A DNA stretch of 64,000 nt from assembly GCA_947085505.1 (NCBI GenBank), contig CAMTWI010000003.1, positions 7,319 to 71,318 on the forward strand, given 5' to 3'. The number at the start of each line of letters is the position of its first letter. Within the stretch, counting starts at the first letter, position 1. The notes below the pieces were generated by a model. It saw only the letters and a program-made list of their open reading frames with translations, had not been told where the DNA came from and searched no databases. The translations under genes and the position numbers were made by a program. Below are positions 58,529 through 64,000 of this stretch, in pieces. The DNA is from an uncultured bacterium. Its GTDB lineage: Bacteria > Patescibacteriota > Minisyncoccia > Phycocordibacterales > Phycocordibacteraceae.

Positions 58529-59616
58529 TAGATAAAAAAGAATTCTCAGAGGGAGTGCAGAGCGTTGCACGCTTCGCTGAGAGGAGAAGCGGTACCCTTC
58601 CAGTACTTGCCGGCATTGCAATCATTGCAGGGGACGACGGTATTAAGCTTCGTGCCACTAATCTCGAGACCGGAGTTGATTTGAAAGTCGAAGGCACGAT
58701 CAAGAGTGATGGAGTTGTGGCGCTTCCTGCGTCCACACTTCGTGATATTGCGTCTTCGCTTTCTGGAAGTGGCACTCTAACGCTTGAGCACTCAGGCGAC
58801 ACGGTCCTTGTATCAACCGGAAACGGCCGCTCAACGCTTAAGACCCTTCCGTTCGAGGATTTCCCTACACTTCCGCTCCCTGAGTCTCCACGGGCGAAAT
58901 TCGAGCTTCCTGGAAGTCTTCTTAAGGCGCTTGTTATGTCCGTTGTGTCGTATGCGTCGACTTCAACCGTTCGTCCTGAACTCGCCTCTGTTCTTATTGC
59001 GGGCGAAGGAGCTGCACTTAAGGCGGTTGCGACTGATTCTTTCCGCTTGGCAGAGAAGAAAGTATCCCTCTCAAGCTCTATTGCGGCGTTCTCAATGCTC
59101 ATTCCTGCAAAGAATGCGATTGATATCATGCAGACGTTGCCTGACGAGACGATTGAAATCGCTGTAGATGAGCACCAGTGTGCGTTCTATTGGAAGAAAG
59201 GCGTTCTTACGACTCGTCTCGTTACCGCAAACTACCCTGATTACACGCAGATTATCCCGAAATCCTTTATTTCTGAGGCGACAGTCCTTAAGAAAGATTT
59301 CGAGGCAGCACTTCGCCGTACCGCCATCTTCTCCGACACTTTCCAGAAGGTACGTCTTGGGTTTGATGCAGGATCGAAAGCTGTTGCGCTCTCCGCACAG
59401 AATGCTGATGTGGGGGATTCAGCCGAATCCATCCCTGCAGCTATTTCAGGGGACGCAGTTGAGCTCTCCTTTAACCATCGGTATCTCTCAGCGCCTATCT
59501 CAACGATTGCTGCTGAGAGTATTTCCTTGTCCGCGAGCGGTATTGGAAGGGCAATGGTTATGCGGGGATCAGGAGATACGTCATTTCTGTATCTTGTGAT
59601 GCCAATGAATCAGTAG
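58516..59616 (+). CDS. dnaN: DNA polymerase III beta clamp
   Basis: ATNLE, VATDSFRL, YPDY, LVMPM. Confidence 0.96.
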   Translation: MIITLDKKEFSEGVQSVARFAERRSGTLPVLAGIAIIAGDDGIKLRATNLETGVDLKVEGTIKSDGVVALPASTLRDIASSLSGSGTLTLEHSGDTVLVSTGNGRSTLKTLPFEDFPTLPLPESPRAKFELPGSLLKALVMSVVSYASTSTVRPELASVLIAGEGAALKAVATDSFRLAEKKVSLSSSIAAFSMLIPAKNAIDIMQTLPDETIEIAVDEHQCAFYWKKGVLTTRLVTANYPDYTQIIPKSFISEATVLKKDFEAALRRTAIFSDTFQKVRLGFDAGSKAVALSAQNADVGDSAESIPAAISGDAVELSFNHRYLSAPISTIAAESISLSASGIGRAMVMRGSGDTSFLYLVMPMNQ

Positions 59617-59637
59617 GTTTGATTTCTGGTCTCCCAG

Positions 59638-60270
59638 TTAATTAACTTTCCGTGCTTTCAGTCCTATGAAGTCATACGACTCTTCTCCTACAAGAACAGG
59701 ATAGAATCCGTCTTCGCATTCAACAAAGTTTTCATACACTCCAGGTTCAGTTATAAGGCCATACACTTCGTATAGCGTAAGAGGGGACGATTCCCCGGAC
59801 TCGAGAGCATCGAGTACTGAAAGAGAAGTATCGAAACTCTCCTGGGTGTCATACCCAGAAATCTCAACAGCAATACCATCGCGTACGTTTATAAGTGCGC
59901 GGCCTTTCTTTATGTTGTGCGTCATCAAGACCGCATGAGTGAGTCCGGTCCGCTCAGCCAGAGGAAGCATGGCTTTATCCATGAGGATTGCAAAAGGTGG
60001 TCCCTTAGCGGAAGTGGTATGGAAATCTATAACGACGTCTTGAAGCGGGATGAGATCGAGTATCTCTTGAGAACGCTTTGACTCAAGGGTGTCAGTGTAT
60101 ACGCCGTAAGAAGCATTGAGGTCCTGATCTATAAAACGCACATTCTTGTTTCCAGCTTCTGGATTACCAAGAACAAACTCGTATCCACGAGAGATGAGGG
60201 CTCGAACAGGACCTTTTTCGTTTCCGTGCTGGCCAGCAACTATTTGTACTGTTCTCCCATTAAATTCCAT
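59638..60270 (-). CDS. Succinylglutamate desuccinylase/aspartoacylase-like (M14) protein
   Basis: HGNE, GNP, RFIDQDLN, IDFH. Confidence 0.75.
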   Translation of the reverse strand: MEFNGRTVQIVAGQHGNEKGPVRALISRGYEFVLGNPEAGNKNVRFIDQDLNASYGVYTDTLESKRSQEILDLIPLQDVVIDFHTTSAKGPPFAILMDKAMLPLAERTGLTHAVLMTHNIKKGRALINVRDGIAVEISGYDTQESFDTSLSVLDALESGESSPLTLYEVYGLITEPGVYENFVECEDGFYPVLVGEESYDFIGLKARKVN

Positions 60271-60364
60271 ACCCCCAGTCTACCTGAGGGTAGTTCTTTC
60301 GAATATCGTCCCAGACGGCCAGCAAAGCAAAACCGTACCAAGTACGGTTTTGCTTTTCTCAAGA

Positions 60365-62572
60365 CTAATTATTCTCCTCCCGTTGCCTTCTGCGCTCCTC
60401 TCGATCTAGATCCCGCTGCTCTCTATCAGTTAGTTCTGGCTCAATATCTGGTGTTGTTGTTGCGGCGTCTTGCTGCATTTGTTGCATTGCGCCCGTCCAT
60501 AGCTGAATTGGTGTTTCCCAGTACGCCAGTTGCGGATCAGCGTACGGATTAACTGGTGGGGGACCTTGAGGATTCTCTTTATTCGTTAAGAGAAGAAGGG
60601 AGTGGTAGATCACGACACCGCGAAGTACCGCCGGAGCGCTCTCAGGGATACCTGGTGGGTCGTTAAAGTATTCCTTCGGCACTTTTGTGAGAGCAACATC
60701 CATAAACGCACGCCACATTGGTGCCACAATGTACCCTGCAATCTCCTTAAACATTGGCGTGTTGTCGTTGTTTCCGGCCCATATCGCAACCGCGAGCGTT
60801 GGAGAGTATCCAACGGTCCACGCATCACGCGACTCGTTCGTGGTACCGGTTTTCGCGGCAACATCGTAGTCAGGAATGGAGAGCGGATTAATAGGGTTAT
60901 AGGAAGGAATACGAGCCTGATTGTCTGACATCATATCCGCAATCTGGCGCGCTACGCTTGGGTCGATAGCTTGCTCTGGTGCTGGAGTGAACTTCTCGAT
61001 AACACGTCCCTTCATGTCGCGGATCTCGAGGATACCGGTTGGGGGATTCCTAACTCCATCGTTTGCGAACACACCCATAGCGCTCGCCATCTGGAGTGGG
61101 GAGACCTCAGCAGCACCAAGCGCAAAGGAAAGACCATAATCCTTGGCGGCACCAAGATTGGTGATACCCATGCGTGTTGAGAGATTGATGACGTTATTGA
61201 TGCCTGCGAGATAGAGCACCTTCACTGCCGGAATGTTGATTGACTGTGCAAGAGCGGAACGAAACGTCATAGGACCTCTGAACTTGAGATCGTAGTTCTG
61301 GGGTGCATAACACGGAGGCGCGCTATTGCTAGTGTCTGAAGGTGAACATGCGGTGGAGAACTGCGTTGGTACATCAAAGATAATGGTCTCTGGTGTGTAC
61401 CCCTTCTCAAGCGCTGCCGCATACACAAATGGCTTGAATGCGGATCCTGGCTGGCGAGGAGCAACGGCGACGTTGTAATTTCCTGGAATGATCTCATCAA
61501 AGTAATCACGTGACCCAACCATGGAGAGAATCTGTCCAGTCTTCGGGTCTATGGCAACCAAGGCGGCGTTCGAAGCATTGAATCTTGCCGCGTTCGCGAG
61601 CGCGTACTCCTTTACGATTGATTGCGCTGCGTTCTGCATTTCTGCATCGAGTGTCGTTATAACGGAGAGGCCTTGGGTAACGACGTCTGGGCCGTATTTT
61701 TTCTCAAGGAGCCCTTCAATATAGAAGACAAAGTGTGGCGCGAGGATTGAGTTGTTCTGTTGACGACTGAACACAACAACCTCACGCTTTGCAGCGGCTG
61801 CCTCTTCTGCACTGAGGTACCCGAGGTACTCCATGCGATCGATTACATAATTCTTACGTATATCAAGTTCGTCTCGGTTGTTGCCGTATGGGGAGTAGTA
61901 GGTTGGAAGTTGTGGAATTGCAGCGAGGTATGCAGCCTCAGCAACAGAGAGATCAATCGCACTTTTTCCATAGAAAGACCGCGCTGCAACCTCAGCGCCA
62001 TACATCGTCCCGCCGTACGGCGTTACGTTGAAATAGAATTCAAGAATCTGGTCCTTCGTGTACTTCTGCTCAAGTTTCCAGGCAAGAACCCACTCCTGGA
62101 ACTTACGAATTGGCGTCTTATTACCCGAGAGAATCGTATTCTTCACCACCTGCTGTGTGATGGTTGATCCGCCCTGCGCAAAGGACAGGGTCTGGATATC
62201 TACCCAAATAGCTCTCGCAATAGCTCTCAAGGACACACCACTGTGGTTGTAGAAATCCGAGTCTTCAATTGCGATGGCTGCTCTCTGGAGGTTTGGTGAG
62301 ATTTCAGAAAGAGGAACAACATTCCGACGCACATCGTGATTGAGATCGTACAAAACGGTCTTTCCGCTGCGGTCGTAAATCTTAGTGGACTGCGCGACTT
62401 TCCGAGAATCAAAGGAGTTTAGGTCCGGGATAGGAGTAAGAGCGGCCCAAAGGATGCCAGCACCTGCAAGGAGCATAAGGCCGCCGATAATAATGAAGAG
62501 CGCACGCAGTATTGGGTGCGGATTCTCAAGATGTCCCCGGACATTTAGCTTTTTACGAGGGCGCTTCGGCAT
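60365..62572 (-). CDS. Class A penicillin-binding protein (PBP1A)
   Basis: EDSDF, GGSTITQQ, RQPGSAFK, SIN, KTGT. Confidence 0.95.
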   Translation of the reverse strand: MPKRPRKKLNVRGHLENPHPILRALFIIIGGLMLLAGAGILWAALTPIPDLNSFDSRKVAQSTKIYDRSGKTVLYDLNHDVRRNVVPLSEISPNLQRAAIAIEDSDFYNHSGVSLRAIARAIWVDIQTLSFAQGGSTITQQVVKNTILSGNKTPIRKFQEWVLAWKLEQKYTKDQILEFYFNVTPYGGTMYGAEVAARSFYGKSAIDLSVAEAAYLAAIPQLPTYYSPYGNNRDELDIRKNYVIDRMEYLGYLSAEEAAAAKREVVVFSRQQNNSILAPHFVFYIEGLLEKKYGPDVVTQGLSVITTLDAEMQNAAQSIVKEYALANAARFNASNAALVAIDPKTGQILSMVGSRDYFDEIIPGNYNVAVAPRQPGSAFKPFVYAAALEKGYTPETIIFDVPTQFSTACSPSDTSNSAPPCYAPQNYDLKFRGPMTFRSALAQSINIPAVKVLYLAGINNVINLSTRMGITNLGAAKDYGLSFALGAAEVSPLQMASAMGVFANDGVRNPPTGILEIRDMKGRVIEKFTPAPEQAIDPSVARQIADMMSDNQARIPSYNPINPLSIPDYDVAAKTGTTNESRDAWTVGYSPTLAVAIWAGNNDNTPMFKEIAGYIVAPMWRAFMDVALTKVPKEYFNDPPGIPESAPAVLRGVVIYHSLLLLTNKENPQGPPPVNPYADPQLAYWETPIQLWTGAMQQMQQDAATTTPDIEPELTDREQRDLDREERRRQREENN

Positions 62573-62618
62573 GATTTGACCATGTTATCACGAAGAACGG
62601 CCCCGTGGGGCCGTTTTC

Positions 62619-62741
62619 TTAGAGGAGATTCTCGTCCTCAACCTCTTCTTCATCCTCTGTAACCTCCTCCTCGTCTACGAGAGGAAAGCCATTCTCGTCG
62701 AGTTCTTCCTCAGGGTCCAAGATCTCATCGTCAAACATCAT
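62619..62741 (-). CDS. 40-aa hyper-acidic microprotein (not in ORF track)
   Basis: MMFDDEILDPEEELDENGFPLVDEEEVTEDEEEVEDENLL; terminator follows at 62593-62620. Confidence 0.65.
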   Translation of the reverse strand: MMFDDEILDPEEELDENGFPLVDEEEVTEDEEEVEDENLL

Positions 62742-62827
62742 GGGTACGTAAATTACATTTAGTATGCTCGCGTAATGCAGAGCTCCTCTATTTGAGCAGA
62801 CCGTTCGGAGTTTGCAAACAGGAATTA

Positions 62828-63298
62828 CTAGACGCGTGTGGACAGCGCGCAGATGGCCAGCGCTATCGCATCAAGCTCGTCGTCGAGCCGCTTTTTCTGA
62901 GGTAGCTGTATGAGGCGGGGAAGCATACCTGCTACCGCTTTTTTGTCTGCGTTGCCGTACCCGGTAACAGCAAGCTTCACTTGTTGAGGGGAGTGTTCAG
63001 AAACAGAAAGCCCGGCTTCCGCAGCTGCAGAAAGGGCAGCGCCACGCGCTTCTGCAACACCCAAGGCACTTCGTTTGTTGTTCGTGCTCCAGAAAAGGCT
63101 CTCGATTGCGACACGATCGGGTGCGTGTTCTCTGACCGCAAGTGCTACAGCTTCATGTACAAACGCAAGACGCTCCCCAGTCGCGCCTTTGGGCGGAACG
63201 ATACAGTCGCTCCATATGTGTATTGGGCGTGACGGGTCACCCTCAAGGACAGCCAGGCCCATGCGATCGTATCCAGGGTCGATGGCCAGGATACGCAT
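62828..63298 (-). CDS. ruvC: Holliday junction resolvase
   Basis: ILAIDPG, VAIE, AEARG, DDELDAIALA. Confidence 0.95.
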   Translation of the reverse strand: MRILAIDPGYDRMGLAVLEGDPSRPIHIWSDCIVPPKGATGERLAFVHEAVALAVREHAPDRVAIESLFWSTNNKRSALGVAEARGAALSAAAEAGLSVSEHSPQQVKLAVTGYGNADKKAVAGMLPRLIQLPQKKRLDDELDAIALAICALSTRV

Positions 63299-63300
63299 CG

Positions 63301-63861
63301 TTAGTCGCTCTCGTTACTCTCGTATCCGCGCGCGTTCGTGAACACACGCTGCACATCATCGTTCTCATCGATCAGATCGAAGATCTTTCCGAGCGATTCC
63401 TCGTCGCCCTCAGACAAATCCATCAAAGGATCGTTCGGGGCAAATCTGCCGTCCGAAGACTTTTGGAATGCCCATGCTGCACTTCCCGGTGCACCGAGAT
63501 CGAATCCACTTTTTGAAATAAGATGCTTTATTTCCTGTGTCGTTCGGTTGGTGTTGTCCGTTAGTGCGTCGATGATTATTGCCGTGCCACCCGGTCCGTA
63601 CCACTCGTAGACAACCTGTGTAAGGTCACCAGCCTCTTTTGATCCGCCCTTTGCGATAGCGCGTTCAATATTCTCCTTCGGCATGTTTGCTGCCTTCGCG
63701 CGCTCGATTGCTGACGCAAGACTAGGGGAGGAGAGATTCCCGCCTGCTTTCTTCGCTTCGATAGCAATAAGCTTTGCGAACCTGGCAAATGTCTTTGACC
63801 GTGCAGTATCTGTAACGGCCTTCGCTCGCTTTATCTGAGCCCATTTGCTGTGTCCTGCCAT
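63301..63861 (-). CDS. yebC: YebC/PmpR family protein (short, 186 aa)
   Basis: MAGHSKW, YEWYGPGG, TDNTNRT, DDVQRVF. Confidence 0.93.
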   Translation of the reverse strand: MAGHSKWAQIKRAKAVTDTARSKTFARFAKLIAIEAKKAGGNLSSPSLASAIERAKAANMPKENIERAIAKGGSKEAGDLTQVVYEWYGPGGTAIIIDALTDNTNRTTQEIKHLISKSGFDLGAPGSAAWAFQKSSDGRFAPNDPLMDLSEGDEESLGKIFDLIDENDDVQRVFTNARGYESNESD

Positions 63862-63879
63862 AGCTTTACTGTAACAAAA

Positions 63880-64000
63880 TCATGTCGCAAGGTAATCCTT
63901 ACCTTTTTGTGTAAGGACACGTCCTCTTGGAGACCGCTCAACAAATCCAAGTCTCAAGAGATACGGTTCGTAGACATTCTCAACGGTATCGGGGTCCTCA
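63880..64000 (-). CDS. ruvB: RuvB C-terminus (partial, runs off the window)
   Basis: [27 protein letters not shown]. Confidence 0.9.
   Translation of the reverse strand, partial: EDPDTVENVYEPYLLRLGFVERSPRGRVLTQKGKDYLAT

Noticed and set aside
1-64000. Many overlapping antisense or alternate-frame ORFs in the track (e.g. 2930-3652, 23071-23748, 36333-37100, 58464-59129)
   Set aside because: Shadows of well-supported genes, with no motifs of their own
1-64000. CRISPR array, IS, prophage or rRNA
   Set aside because: No spaced direct repeats, transposase, phage structural genes or rRNA-like sequence seen

Overview
Origin-proximal 64 kb of a Patescibacteria/CPR chromosome, most likely Parcubacteria. 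The assignment rests on split comEC, short YebC, tRNA-Arg(UCG), a CPR-type pilin/T4SS-like cluster and many leaderless genes. Housekeeping content: yidC-rnpA-rpmH-dnaA-oriC-dnaN, ruvB(partial)-yebC-ruvC, PBP1A, pcrA, rsmA, xer, xth, recJ, rnhA, nusA, ppa, clpP, rny, HU, cca, lysA, tpiA, pgk, rpmB, rpsO, 4 tRNAs and type IV pilus genes (PilB, PilC, three minor pilins). Highlights: (1) a relaxase-less VirB4/PrgI/VirB6/Cys-rich-pilin secretion cluster of about 12 kb beside oriC; (2) a lexA-dinB cassette with a perfect CGAAC-N4-GTTCG operator in its promoter spacer; (3) seven parS-like sites, four inside cca, flanked by extra DnaA-box clusters and a rod-like hairpin; (4) a structured RNA leader ahead of rny; (5) a 40-aa hyper-acidic microprotein after ruvC, missing from the ORF track; (6) leaderless core genes versus SD-led inserted ORFans, including a Caulobacter-like TetR. 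All calls are from motif recognition by eye; no searches were run. Several starts were moved relative to the ORF track.
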